Assembly: GCF_001644705.1 (NCBI RefSeq)
Contig: NZ_CP015137.1
Span: 3,840,001-3,872,000 of the forward strand
DNA from: Dickeya solani IPO 2222
GTDB lineage: Bacteria; Pseudomonadota; Gammaproteobacteria; Enterobacterales; Enterobacteriaceae
Reading direction: 5' to 3'
Length of the DNA stretch: 32,000 nucleotides
Below the pieces are notes generated by a model. That model saw only the letters and a list, made by a program, of their open reading frames with translations, had not been told where the DNA came from and ran no database searches. Positions 1 through 7,585 of this stretch are shown one piece after another (the stretch's first letter is position 1; each line of letters opens with the position of its first letter). The position numbers were made by a program, and so were the translations under genes.

Positions 1-1142
1 CGCGTATCGCCATTGCGCTGGATAACGCGCTGGCCTATGAGCAGATCACCCGGCTGAAGGATTCGCTGATCCATGAAAACTTCTACCTTACCGAACAGCT
101 TACCGAGCATATCCATCAGCGCAGCGGCGATGAGTTTGGCGAAATCATCGGCCGCAGTGCGGCGATCCGCCAGGTGCTGGAACAGGTAGAGATGGTGGCG
201 GCCAGCGACAGCACCGTGCTGATTCTGGGGGAAACCGGCACCGGCAAGGAACTGATTGCCCGCGCTATCCATAGCCTGAGCCAGCGTAAAGCCCAGCATA
301 TGGTGAAAATGAATTGCGCCGCCATTCCGTCCGGCCTGCTGGAAAGCGACCTGTTCGGCCATGAAAAGGGCGCGTTTACCGGCGCCACCAGCCAGCGTCA
401 GGGGCGGTTTGAACTGGCGGATAGCAGTACGTTGTTTCTGGATGAGGTGGGCGATATCCCGCTGGAATTGCAGCCCAAACTGCTGCGGGTGCTGCAGGAG
501 CGGGAGATCGAGCGGCTGGGCGGCAGCAAGGTGATTCCGGTGGATGTGCGGTTGATCGCCGCCACCAACCGCGACCTGAAGCAGATGGTGGCGGACCGCG
601 AGTACCGCAGTGACCTTTATTACCGGCTCAATGTCTTTCCCATCGTCATTCCGCCGTTGCGCGAGCGGCCGGAAGATATTCCACTGCTGGTGAAGTTTTT
701 CACCCGCAAGATTGCCCGTCGTATGAACCGTACCATCGACAGCATTCCGTCCGACATGTTGCGTCAGCTGAGCCGTTTGCCGTGGCCCGGCAACGTGAGG
801 GAGTTGGAAAACGTGGTAGAGCGCGCGGTGATCCTGACGCGCGGCACCACGCTCAATCTGCAAATGGATGAATTGCAGCATCACCTGTCGCCGCTGGAGG
901 TGCCCAAACCTGCGCACCGCGACCTTACGCCGCCGCCGGTGGCGGCCGAGCCGTCATCCGGGCAACTGGATGCTGAAGAGGAATCGGAGCGCGAGCGTAT
1001 TATCCGGGTACTGAGGGAAACCAACGGTATCGTCGCCGGCCCGAAAGGCGCCGCCGCCCGGCTCGGGCTTAAACGCACCACGCTGTTGTCGCGCATGCAA
1101 CGCATGGGGATTTCCGCCCGGGAAATCGAGGGAATTTCCTGA
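1..1142 (+). CDS. fhlA: Sigma54-dependent formate hydrogenlyase transcriptional activator (FhlA/HyfR type), C-terminal part. The 5' end lies outside the window (frame 3, first full codon at 3).
   Basis: Frame 3 is open from the window edge to TGA 1140-1142. The translation carries AAA+ sigma54-activator hallmarks: GETGTGKE (Walker A), EKGAFTGA (GAFTGA loop), FLDEVGD (Walker B). It ends in a Fis-type HTH ([21 protein letters not shown]). It is near-colinear with the central and C-terminal domains of E. coli FhlA as I remember them. It could equally be named hyfR. Confidence 0.9.
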   Translation, partial: RIAIALDNALAYEQITRLKDSLIHENFYLTEQLTEHIHQRSGDEFGEIIGRSAAIRQVLEQVEMVAASDSTVLILGETGTGKELIARAIHSLSQRKAQHMVKMNCAAIPSGLLESDLFGHEKGAFTGATSQRQGRFELADSSTLFLDEVGDIPLELQPKLLRVLQEREIERLGGSKVIPVDVRLIAATNRDLKQMVADREYRSDLYYRLNVFPIVIPPLRERPEDIPLLVKFFTRKIARRMNRTIDSIPSDMLRQLSRLPWPGNVRELENVVERAVILTRGTTLNLQMDELQHHLSPLEVPKPAHRDLTPPPVAAEPSSGQLDAEEESERERIIRVLRETNGIVAGPKGAAARLGLKRTTLLSRMQRMGISAREIEGIS

Positions 1143-1180
1143 TTTTGGTGATTGAAACGATGAGGTTGTGAGACGGACTG

Positions 1181-1213
1181 AAAAAGCCATCCTCCCCGAA
1201 CGAGGAGGATGGC
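1181..1213 (-). terminator. Rho-independent terminator downstream of fdhF, possibly bidirectional between the convergent fhlA and fdhF
   Basis: GCCATCCTCC (1186-1195), 8-nt loop, GGAGGATGGC (1204-1213): a perfect 10-bp stem. Read on the minus strand it is followed by TTTTT (1185-1181), about 20 nt after the fdhF stop at 1234-1236. Confidence 0.65.
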
Positions 1214-1233
1214 GAAGGGTTGATGGCGAAGGA

Positions 1234-3384
1234 TTAACCGGCCACTTCCGCTTCTTTACGCAGACGGGCCTTCAGTGCGCTGTACTCCTGTACGACGTAG
1301 TTCTCCGCCCAGTTTTGGTCGGCGATCGGTTCCAGTTTCACCGCGCAATGCTTGTATTCCGGTGTTTTGGCGATCGGGTCCACTTCGTCCAGCGTCAGCT
1401 CGTTACAGGCACCAATCCACCACTGATAGGTCATGTAAACCGCGCCTTTGTTGATGCGCTCGCTGACCATCGCCCGGCTGATTACCTTGCCGCGGCGTGA
1501 CGCTACCCACGTCAGTTGCTGATCGCGAATGCCGAGATGAGCGGCGTCTTCCGGGTTCATCTGCACGTAGCCCGGTTCGTCCGCCAATGTTTGCAGCGCG
1601 GTGCAGTTGCCGGTCATGGAACGGCAGGAGTAGTGACCGACTTCGCGCACCGTGGAGAGTACCAGCGGGTAGTTGGCGTCGGTCTGCTCCATCGGCGGGT
1701 GCCATTCGGTCGCAAACAGCAACCCTTTGCCGTTCGGGCGGTCGAACTGGTTACCGGCGTACAGCCACGGCGTGCCTGGGCTGTCTTCGGTCAGGCACGG
1801 CCACGGTACATAGCCTAGTCCGCCCATTTTCTCATAGGTAGCGCCGTAATAGAGCGGGCACAGATTGCGCAGCTCATCCCAGATTTCATGCGTGTTGTTG
1901 TAGTGCATTGGGTAGCCCAGCGCGGTCGCCATCAGGCTGATGATTTCCCAATCCGGTTTCACATTGCCCTGCGGTTCTACCGCTTTGTAGAAACGCTGGA
2001 AGCCACGGTCGGCGGCCGAATACACCCCTTCATGCTCGCCCCAGGAGGTAGCGGGGAAGATCACGTCCGCCACGGCGGCGGTCTTGGTCATGAAGATGTC
2101 CTGAACGATCAACAATTCCAACTGGTTGAAGGTTTCGCGCACCACCGACAGGTCCGGCTCGGTCTGCAGCGGGTCTTCGCCCATCAGGTAGTTGGCCTTG
2201 ATCTTGCCTTCCTTGATCATGTGCGGCACGTCGGTCAGCGAGTAGCCGATGCGGTCGGACAGCGACGGCACGCCCCAGGCCTTGGCGAATTTTTCGCGCA
2301 CGTCCGCGTCGGTGACTTGTTGGTAGCCGGGGAATTGGTTCGGCAGCGCCCCCATATCGCAGGCACCCTGTACGTTGTTCTGACCACGCACCGGGCCGAC
2401 GCCGACATTCGGGCGGCCGAGATTACCGGTGAGCAACGCCAGGCCGGACAGACCTTTCACCACGTCCACGCCCTGCGTCCACTGGGTGACACCCATGCCC
2501 CACAGAATGGTGGCGGACGGCGCGGCGGCGTACAGGCGGATGGCGTCGCGGATCAACTGCGGGTCGAGACCGGTGATGTCCGCCACGTATTCCGGCGTGT
2601 ATTTCGCCACCAGATTGCGGTATTCCTCGAACCCTTCGGTATGCTGCGCCACGAAATTGGCGTTATACAGCCCTTCATTGATCAGCACGTTGGCGAAGGC
2701 GTTGACCAGCGCCATATTGGAGCCGTTCTTCAGCGGCAGCCACAGGTCGGCGATGCGGGCGGTTTCGATATGACGCGGGTCGCAGACGATGATTTTGGCA
2801 CCGCGTTCTTTAGCCTTGATGATGCGACGCGCCACAATCGGGTGAGAATCGGCAGCGTTGTAACCGAACACCAGAATGCAGTCGGTGTGTTCGATTTCGC
2901 AAATCGAGTTACTCATCGCGCCGTTGCCCAGCGTCACCTGCAGGCCGGAGACCGAAGGGCCGTGGCAGACGCGGGCGCAGCAGTCGATGTTGTTGGTGCC
3001 GGTGACCGCGCGGGCGAATTTCTGCATCACATAGTTGGTTTCGTTGCCCGGCCCGCGGGACGAACCGGTGTGCATGATGGCGTCCGGACCGTATTTCTCC
3101 TTGATGGCTTTCAGGCGGGAACTGGCGAAGTCGATGGCTTCGTCCCAGGACACCACCTCAAACGGCGCGCCTTTCTGGCGGCGGATCATCGGTTGCTTCA
3201 GCCGCGGGGTTAACAGCTTGGTGTCGTTGAGAAAATCCCAGCCGTAATAGCCTTTCAGGCACAGCTCGCCTTCGTTGGTCAGGCCGTTGGCGCCTTCCGC
3301 GCCGACCACTTTGCCGTTTTCCACCAACAGGTTAATTTTGCAGCCTGACCCACAGTAAGGGCAGACGGTAATTACTTTCTGCAT
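1234..3384 (-). CDS. fdhF: Formate dehydrogenase H, molybdopterin catalytic subunit, cysteine (selenium-free) variant
   Basis: The ORF track gives 1234-3402. I place the start at the second ATG (3384) because AAGGAG lies 9 nt upstream. The 716-aa product then begins MQKVITVCPYCGSGCKINL, like E. coli FdhF (MKKVVTVCPYC...). It is colinear throughout: CCARVCHGPS, GQNNVQGACDMGALP, STVREVGHYSCRSMTGNC, MTYQWWIGACNEL. Codon 140 (2965-2967) is TGC (Cys), where E. coli has TGA (Sec). Confidence 0.95.
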   Translation of the reverse strand: MQKVITVCPYCGSGCKINLLVENGKVVGAEGANGLTNEGELCLKGYYGWDFLNDTKLLTPRLKQPMIRRQKGAPFEVVSWDEAIDFASSRLKAIKEKYGPDAIMHTGSSRGPGNETNYVMQKFARAVTGTNNIDCCARVCHGPSVSGLQVTLGNGAMSNSICEIEHTDCILVFGYNAADSHPIVARRIIKAKERGAKIIVCDPRHIETARIADLWLPLKNGSNMALVNAFANVLINEGLYNANFVAQHTEGFEEYRNLVAKYTPEYVADITGLDPQLIRDAIRLYAAAPSATILWGMGVTQWTQGVDVVKGLSGLALLTGNLGRPNVGVGPVRGQNNVQGACDMGALPNQFPGYQQVTDADVREKFAKAWGVPSLSDRIGYSLTDVPHMIKEGKIKANYLMGEDPLQTEPDLSVVRETFNQLELLIVQDIFMTKTAAVADVIFPATSWGEHEGVYSAADRGFQRFYKAVEPQGNVKPDWEIISLMATALGYPMHYNNTHEIWDELRNLCPLYYGATYEKMGGLGYVPWPCLTEDSPGTPWLYAGNQFDRPNGKGLLFATEWHPPMEQTDANYPLVLSTVREVGHYSCRSMTGNCTALQTLADEPGYVQMNPEDAAHLGIRDQQLTWVASRRGKVISRAMVSERINKGAVYMTYQWWIGACNELTLDEVDPIAKTPEYKHCAVKLEPIADQNWAENYVVQEYSALKARLRKEAEVAG

Positions 3385-3418
3385 GACATTGCTCTCCTTC
3401 ATCGTACCGACGGCACGC

Positions 3419-3961
3419 TCAGAATTTCATTTCCGCGGCTTCATCGAGTGCTGCGCGCCGCTGTTTACGTTGGATCATTTCCTGAATGTCCTCCCGGCTG
3501 ATCAGGCGCAGGGCGTTGGTCGGGCAGACCTCAACGCAGGCCGGACCGTTGGCGCGTCCTTCGCACAGGTCGCACTTGTGCGCTTCCGCCTTGATGCAGT
3601 TACCCAGCGTTTGATAATGGCTGATACGCGCCACCGGTTTACTGATCACCGTCATGGCGCCGTACGGGCAGGCCACCACGCAGGTTTTGCAACCAATGCA
3701 TTTTTCCTGCTGCACCCGGATATGATCGCCGGCATGTACGATCGCCCCGTTAGGGCAAACATTGGCGCAGGGCGCATCTTCACAGTGGCGACATTGGATC
3801 GTGGTGCTGACATTCAGCCCCTTCACCACTTTCAGGCGCGGTGTGAAATGTTCTGGCGACAGCGACGACGGGTTGCCGTCGCTGTGCGCCAGCACGCAGG
3901 CGACTTCGCAGGTACGGCAGCCAATACATTTCCTGGGGTCTGCTAAAACGAACCGGTTCAT
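3419..3961 (-). CDS. hydN: HydN-type 4Fe-4S ferredoxin (electron transfer partner of FDH-H)
   Basis: 180 aa starting MNRFVLADPRKCIGCRTCEVAC. Four Cys-cluster motifs are present: CIGCRTCEVAC, CRHCEDAPCANVCP, CIGCKTCVVACP, CDLCEGRANGPACVEVCP. It is colinear with E. coli HydN as recalled. AAGGAG lies 8 nt upstream of ATG 3961, and there are 34 nt to the fdhF start. Confidence 0.9.
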   Translation of the reverse strand: MNRFVLADPRKCIGCRTCEVACVLAHSDGNPSSLSPEHFTPRLKVVKGLNVSTTIQCRHCEDAPCANVCPNGAIVHAGDHIRVQQEKCIGCKTCVVACPYGAMTVISKPVARISHYQTLGNCIKAEAHKCDLCEGRANGPACVEVCPTNALRLISREDIQEMIQRKQRRAALDEAAEMKF

Positions 3962-3996
3962 GACAGGGTCTCCTTCCGCGGCTCTGATGGACTAAG

Positions 3997-4031
3997 GGTG
4001 ATGTCGACGGCTCGGCCGCCGACACATCACC
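3997..4031 (-). promoter_or_regulatory. GC-rich inverted repeat in the predicted 5' leader of hydN-fdhF (RNA hairpin or protein-binding dyad)
   Basis: GGTGATGT (3997-4004) and ACATCACC (4024-4031) are perfect 8-bp complements. Pairing is extended inward by CGACGGC / GCCGCCGAC with a 2-nt bulge and one mismatch. The element lies between the predicted -12 element (4041-4042) and the hydN ATG (3961). Confidence 0.4.
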
Positions 4032-4038
4032 ACATATA

Positions 4039-4055
4039 AAGCAGGGTTTATGCCA
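4039..4055 (-). promoter_or_regulatory. Sigma54 (-24/-12) promoter for hydN-fdhF
   Basis: The minus strand reads TGGCATaaaccCTGCTT. GG and GC are 12 nt apart, as in the consensus TGGCAC-N5-TTGCW. It lies 78 nt upstream of the hydN ATG. The same TGGCAT...TGCTT form occurs at the hyfA and hypC promoters. Confidence 0.6.
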
Positions 4056-4125
4056 GAATGAACGCTTATGGTTTAGTAATTTGATTTATAAGAAATTTAA
4101 AGTGATTTCTTTGGAGAAAGACCGC

Positions 4126-4183
4126 CAGTGACCGGCCGGTGACGAGTGTCAGTCGACGAGGTTCGGCAGATTTGACGACGTGT
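4126..4183. promoter_or_regulatory. Candidate upstream activator (FhlA/HyfR) binding region for the hydN-fdhF promoter
   Basis: Hexamers TGACGA (4140-4145, 4173-4178) and GTCGAC (4152-4157) lie 70-130 bp upstream of the sigma54 promoter. The same hexamers are clustered in the hyfA-hypC intergenic region. An AT-rich tract with a 12/13 IHF-like match (minus strand AATCAAATTACTA, 4074-4086) lies between this region and the promoter. Confidence 0.35.
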
Positions 4184-4424
4184 GCCCGGCGCGGTGTAGG
4201 CCACGGCGACAGACAGATAAAAACCGATCTGTTGCGAAGCGCGTTCCATCTCTGAAAACAGCCTATCGAGGTTAGAAAGCCTGGCCTTTATTGTGGCTTC
4301 AGGATTGTGGTTTCAGGGCCAGGGCGCTTTACCTGCATACTTCAGCGGCGCGCAATGGCTGTTTATTGTTCAGTGAAATCAACATGAAGCCTTTTACCGG
4401 CGATAAGACTGAAAATAGGATGAT

Positions 4425-4442
4425 TGTATCCTTTGGGATACA
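4425..4442. promoter_or_regulatory. Perfect 7-4-7 palindrome, candidate operator of the DUF4160/DUF2442-HTH cassette
   Basis: TGTATCC (4425-4431), tttg, GGATACA (4436-4442). It overlaps a plausible sigma70 promoter: TTGTAT 4424-4429, 17-nt spacer, TACTCT 4447-4452 preceded by TGT. It lies 32 nt upstream of ATG 4474. Confidence 0.4.
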
Positions 4443-4473
4443 GTGTTACTCTGCTCATTGACAAGGAGTGCCA

Positions 4474-4731
4474 ATGCCTGAGGTTGATAGACTGGCAGGG
4501 CTAATTTTCCATTTGTACTTTTATGATGATGAGCGGCACTACTTGCCGCATGTACATGTCTGCTACGGCAACCATGAGCTGATCATCAGTATTCGTACTG
4601 GAACCGAGATCGAAGGATATCTGCCGAATAACAAGCGCAAGATGGCGCTTGCGCATATCAGGGCCCATCGGGAACAACTGCTGAGTATGTGGGAACGGGC
4701 GGTAGTGGGGAGAAATCCAGGAAAATTGTGA
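4474..4731 (+). CDS. DUF4160-family small protein (85 aa), function unknown
   Basis: The ORF track starts at GTG 4468, but AAGGAG (4463-4468) fits ATG 4474 with a 5-nt spacing. The product is MPEVDRLAGLIFHLYFYDDERHYLPHVHVCYGNHELIISI...QLLSMWE. This shows the typical DUF4160 pattern (MP...G..F.FY...H.PPH.H. .YG..E..I.I; C-terminal ...L...W). It is AT-richer than its neighbours. Confidence 0.8.
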   Translation: MPEVDRLAGLIFHLYFYDDERHYLPHVHVCYGNHELIISIRTGTEIEGYLPNNKRKMALAHIRAHREQLLSMWERAVVGRNPGKL

Positions 4732-4738
4732 GGCATTT

Positions 4739-5254
4739 ATGCATAAAATCGTGGAAGTTGACGTTATTGGTGATTTTTCGTTGCGCCTGACCTATGACGA
4801 TGGTCTGGTTTGCGACATTAATCTTTATCAATATGCGTCCAGCCCAGTATTTTCGGACGTCAGCCTATTTATCAAGTTTGGGTTGTTGCCGGATGGCGCG
4901 TTGGAATGGCTGCCGGATATTAAGATTTCCGCGTCAGAATTGCGGAAAAAAGGGGAGTATGTCAGCCACACGCTGGCGGTGCGAGAAAGGCACTTCGCCG
5001 ATGTCATCTCGCGCGCCTTCTATGATGCCGTGATTGAAAACCGGCCGGAAATTCTGCAAGCAGCGTTGAAAATCGCGGTGGAAAAACATGGCAACAGCAC
5101 CGTAGCCAAAGAGGCGGGGGCGAAAAGTCGCACCAGCTTGTATAAGTCGCTGAATAAAAATACCCATGTCAGCCTGGCGACGGTGGTCAGCCTGGCGCAT
5201 ACCGTGCTGCAGTTGGAAGAGTTGCAATTGGAAGATCTGCAATTGGAAGAATAA
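4739..5254 (+). CDS. DUF2442 domain fused to a HigA/TIGR02684-like 'addiction module antidote' HTH domain, with a C-terminal (LQLEE)x3 tail
   Basis: 171 aa. GAGG lies 5 nt upstream of the ATG, and the gene starts 8 nt after the DUF4160 stop. The N-terminus (KIVEVDVIGDFSLRLTYDDGLVCDINL...GALEWLPDIKISASEL) matches the DUF2442 pattern. Residues ~95-160 (ENRPEILQAALKIAVEKHGNSTVAKEAGAKSRTSLYKSLNKNTHVSLATVVSLAHTV) resemble the antidote-type HTH (...IAKDTGLSRESLYKALS..GNP.F.TVLKVL.ALG). Confidence 0.75.
   Translation: MHKIVEVDVIGDFSLRLTYDDGLVCDINLYQYASSPVFSDVSLFIKFGLLPDGALEWLPDIKISASELRKKGEYVSHTLAVRERHFADVISRAFYDAVIENRPEILQAALKIAVEKHGNSTVAKEAGAKSRTSLYKSLNKNTHVSLATVVSLAHTVLQLEELQLEDLQLEE
5207..5251 (+). 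repeat. 3 x 15-bp tandem repeat encoding LQLEE-LQLED-LQLEE at the C-terminus of the DUF2442-HTH protein
   Basis: ctgcagttggaagag / ttgcaattggaagat / ctgcaattggaagaa, immediately followed by TAA 5252-5254. Confidence 0.95.
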
Positions 5255-5332
5255 ATAGGCTGCGGGATTGCGGTCAGGGGCGGCTGGCGTCTGCTCCGCC
5301 CGCCGCCATATCAGGTCAATTGCGCGAGCGCT

Positions 5333-5830
5333 TCACCTCAGCACGTCAAAGCCGCCATTTGCCTCCCAGCCGGATAATCGCTGGTACAGAGTGTCCACCG
5401 CCCGGGTGACTTCCGGGCTGATGGGAAAATAGAACGCCACCAGCGCCGGCTGAATGCCGACGAAAATCACCTCGGGAATGTCCTCCTTCAGGCTGTCGAT
5501 CAGGTAGTTCAGCGGCAGGCTGTGGGTATTCATCAGCATGTCTTCGGCGATACGGTCCGGATCGACGATGCGAATGTCGCCCGGCGTCAGCCCCATGTCG
5601 GTGGCGTCTACCACCAGCAGGCGCCGAGGCTTCAGTTCCCGCAGCGTGTGAGCGGCATTTTCCGGAATAGCGCCGCCGTCAATCACCGACCAGCCCGCCA
5701 CCGGCTGTTGGCTCATGCGTTCCGCCAGCAGCGGGCCGGCGCCGTCGTCCCCCATCAGGGTGTTGCCGACGGTCAGCACGATATTTTCGATGTATAAAGG
5801 GGCGTCGGTGTGTAAAGGATGTTCAATCAT
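5333..5830 (-). CDS. hycI: Hydrogenase large-subunit C-terminal maturation endopeptidase HycI
   Basis: 165 aa containing GNTLMGDDGAGPLLAERM, VVDATDMGLTPGDIRIVDPD and HSLPLNYLIDSLKEDIPEVIFVGIQP, colinear with E. coli HycI as recalled. I use ATG 5830; the ORF track begins one codon earlier at TTG 5833. The start overlaps the hyfJ stop by 8 nt. Confidence 0.9.
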   Translation of the reverse strand: MIEHPLHTDAPLYIENIVLTVGNTLMGDDGAGPLLAERMSQQPVAGWSVIDGGAIPENAAHTLRELKPRRLLVVDATDMGLTPGDIRIVDPDRIAEDMLMNTHSLPLNYLIDSLKEDIPEVIFVGIQPALVAFYFPISPEVTRAVDTLYQRLSGWEANGGFDVLR

Positions 5831-6221
5831 CAAGGCGCTTCACCATCAGATAAATAGCCGGTTCCCGTTGCATCGCGGCCAGATAGTCCACCAGCGTAGC
5901 AGTCCATTCCGGGTAGCGATCCGCCGCTGCCAGTGCGGTGAACGCACTGCCCAGCAGCACGGTGTGGGTGTGGTCGATGGTGATTTCGCCAAAGCGCAGC
6001 AAACCCAGCATCTTGCGGCGGGCCTCCTCATCACTCAACTGGCCGACCCAGCCTTCGTACTCCGCCAGCGGGCAATGCAACACCTGTTTCAGGCAGTCGA
6101 TGACGCCGACATGATGACCGATAGCCAGCGAGTAATACATCACCTGCTGTGCCTGCTCCGGTATCTTGTCGCGGCTGTCGAGAAACTTGCGGTTCAGGGC
6201 ATAAAAACGCACGCTGCTCAT
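5823..6221 (-). CDS. hyfJ: HycH/HyfJ formate hydrogenlyase maturation protein
   Basis: 132 aa containing [21 protein letters not shown] and AIYLMVKRL near the C-terminus, as in HycH/HyfJ. ATG 6221 overlaps the hyfI stop (ATGA). Confidence 0.85.
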   Translation of the reverse strand: MSSVRFYALNRKFLDSRDKIPEQAQQVMYYSLAIGHHVGVIDCLKQVLHCPLAEYEGWVGQLSDEEARRKMLGLLRFGEITIDHTHTVLLGSAFTALAAADRYPEWTATLVDYLAAMQREPAIYLMVKRLDD

Positions 6222-7009
6222 GACAGGATCTCCCCGCGCAGCATAGCGTGATAAATCTGTAGCAGATGGCCGACAATCTCGTTCAGCCGTGGGTCGTCAT
6301 ATTGGTTGAGCCAACGGTTGACGCGGTGTTCAAAGCCTTCCAGCGGCTGGTTTTCCAGCAAATCGAGGAAACGGTCGCTGATTTCACGCCCCTGACGATA
6401 CCCCGCCATCAGACGGGCTTCCCGTTCTACCCGCACCCGCAAATCCAGCGGCACTGCCGGATGAATCAGCGTCGCTTGTTCATGCTCGGCCTGCTGGTGG
6501 TCGCTGCCGTGCAGTTTCTGTTCCAGCAGCCCCAACGCTACCGCAAAACCGTAAATCGTCGCCGCCGGGGTCGGCGGGCAGCCGGGGATGTAGACGTCGA
6601 TCGGCACGATTTTGTCGCTGCCGCCCCATACGCAGTACAGGTCGTGGAAGATGCCGCCGCCGCAGCCGCAGGCGCCGTAAGAGATGCAGATTTTCGGATC
6701 CGGCGCCGACTCATAGGCGCGCAGCGCCGGGCTTCGCATGGCGCGGGTCACCGCGCCGGTAAACAGCAAAATGTCGGCGTGGCGCGGCGACGCCACCACC
6801 TTGATGCCGAAGCGTTCGGCGTCGAACAGCGGCGTAATGGCGGAGAAGATCTCGATTTCGCAGCCGTTGCAGCCGCCGCAATCCACGCGGTAGACGTAGG
6901 CGGAACGCTGGATATCCTTCAGCAGCGTCTTTTTCAGCTGTTGGGCCTGTTCGTCGAGCGTAATTGGGGTAGTACGGTAGTGATCGACCCCGTTGGGCAG
7001 CATACTCAT
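6218..7009 (-). CDS. hyfI: Hydrogenase-4 small subunit (HycG/NuoB-like)
   Basis: 263 aa from ATG 7009 ([11 protein letters not shown]...). Fe-S ligand motifs are [11 protein letters not shown] and IPGCPPTP, plus [10 protein letters not shown]. The start overlaps the hyfH stop (ATGA at 7006-7009). The 115 extra N-terminal codons in the ORF track overlap hyfH and read as Arg/Gly/Ala-rich nonsense. Confidence 0.9.
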   Translation of the reverse strand: MSMLPNGVDHYRTTPITLDEQAQQLKKTLLKDIQRSAYVYRVDCGGCNGCEIEIFSAITPLFDAERFGIKVVASPRHADILLFTGAVTRAMRSPALRAYESAPDPKICISYGACGCGGGIFHDLYCVWGGSDKIVPIDVYIPGCPPTPAATIYGFAVALGLLEQKLHGSDHQQAEHEQATLIHPAVPLDLRVRVEREARLMAGYRQGREISDRFLDLLENQPLEGFEHRVNRWLNQYDDPRLNEIVGHLLQIYHAMLRGEILS

Positions 7010-7575
7010 TGCGCATTCCCCTTGTGAGTGGTCGGGGCGGGCAGGTGCTGGCTCAGCCGCACGTTGCCCTGATGGTTCATATTCTGTTTGCGTTTGCAGT
7101 CCGGACAGGTTTCGAACTGATGGCGACGCGCTTCCACCTCGTTTTCCGGCACCCCGGCGTGCGCCAGCAGCGCCATGGCGTACTCCACCTCTTTCTGCGG
7201 CGCGAACGGCCGCTGGCAGACATGGCAGTTCAGCAATTGGAAGGTGGCGCGCTGATACAGGTCGGCCTTGCTGGCGACCGCCATTTCGAAATCCTGCGAC
7301 AGTACGATGGCGCGGGTCGGGCACACTTCCTCGCAGCGGCCGCAGAAGATGCAACGGCCGAGGAACAACTGCCAGGTACGGGTGCCGTTGTCCAGGTCGT
7401 TAGCCATCGTCAGGGCATTGGCCGGGCACGCCATGGTACAGGCGGCGCAGCCGATGCACTGCGCCGGGTCGTACTCCGGCTTGCCGCGAAATCCGGCGGG
7501 TACCGCCAGCGGCGCAAACGGGTATTTCACCGTGCTGTTGCCCGCTTTGAGGATGGTTTTGAACAGTTTAATCAT
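7006..7575 (-). CDS. hyfH: Hydrogenase-4 2x[4Fe-4S] ferredoxin subunit (HycF/NuoI-like)
   Basis: 189 aa with [12 protein letters not shown] and [12 protein letters not shown], and a C-terminal Cys pair region (CHVCQ...CPDCK) typical of HycF/HyfH. Confidence 0.9.
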   Translation of the reverse strand: MIKLFKTILKAGNSTVKYPFAPLAVPAGFRGKPEYDPAQCIGCAACTMACPANALTMANDLDNGTRTWQLFLGRCIFCGRCEEVCPTRAIVLSQDFEMAVASKADLYQRATFQLLNCHVCQRPFAPQKEVEYAMALLAHAGVPENEVEARRHQFETCPDCKRKQNMNHQGNVRLSQHLPAPTTHKGNAQ

Positions 7576-7585
7576 GGGGCCTCCC

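Noticed and set aside
1234-3384. Search for an in-frame TGA selenocysteine codon in fdhF
   Set aside because: The reading frame is uninterrupted and codon 140 is TGC. There is no evidence of recoding.
4384-4461. 25-codon mini-ORF (MKPFTGDKTENRMIVSFGIQCYSAH) overlapping the palindrome upstream of the DUF4160 gene, considered as a possible third cassette component
   Set aside because: It has no ribosome-binding site and no recognisable features, and it is indistinguishable from chance. I mention it only because small TA or leader peptides can be this short.
7010-7354. N-terminal extensions in the ORF track for hyfI (to 7354), hyfF (to 11219), hyfA (to 16780), ADH (from 28446), AKR (from 30424), LysR (to 27852), hypC (from 17099) and others
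   Set aside because: The extensions overlap the upstream gene or promoter, lack Shine-Dalgarno sequences, and precede internal ATGs that have good SDs. Those internal starts give N-termini matching the known families.
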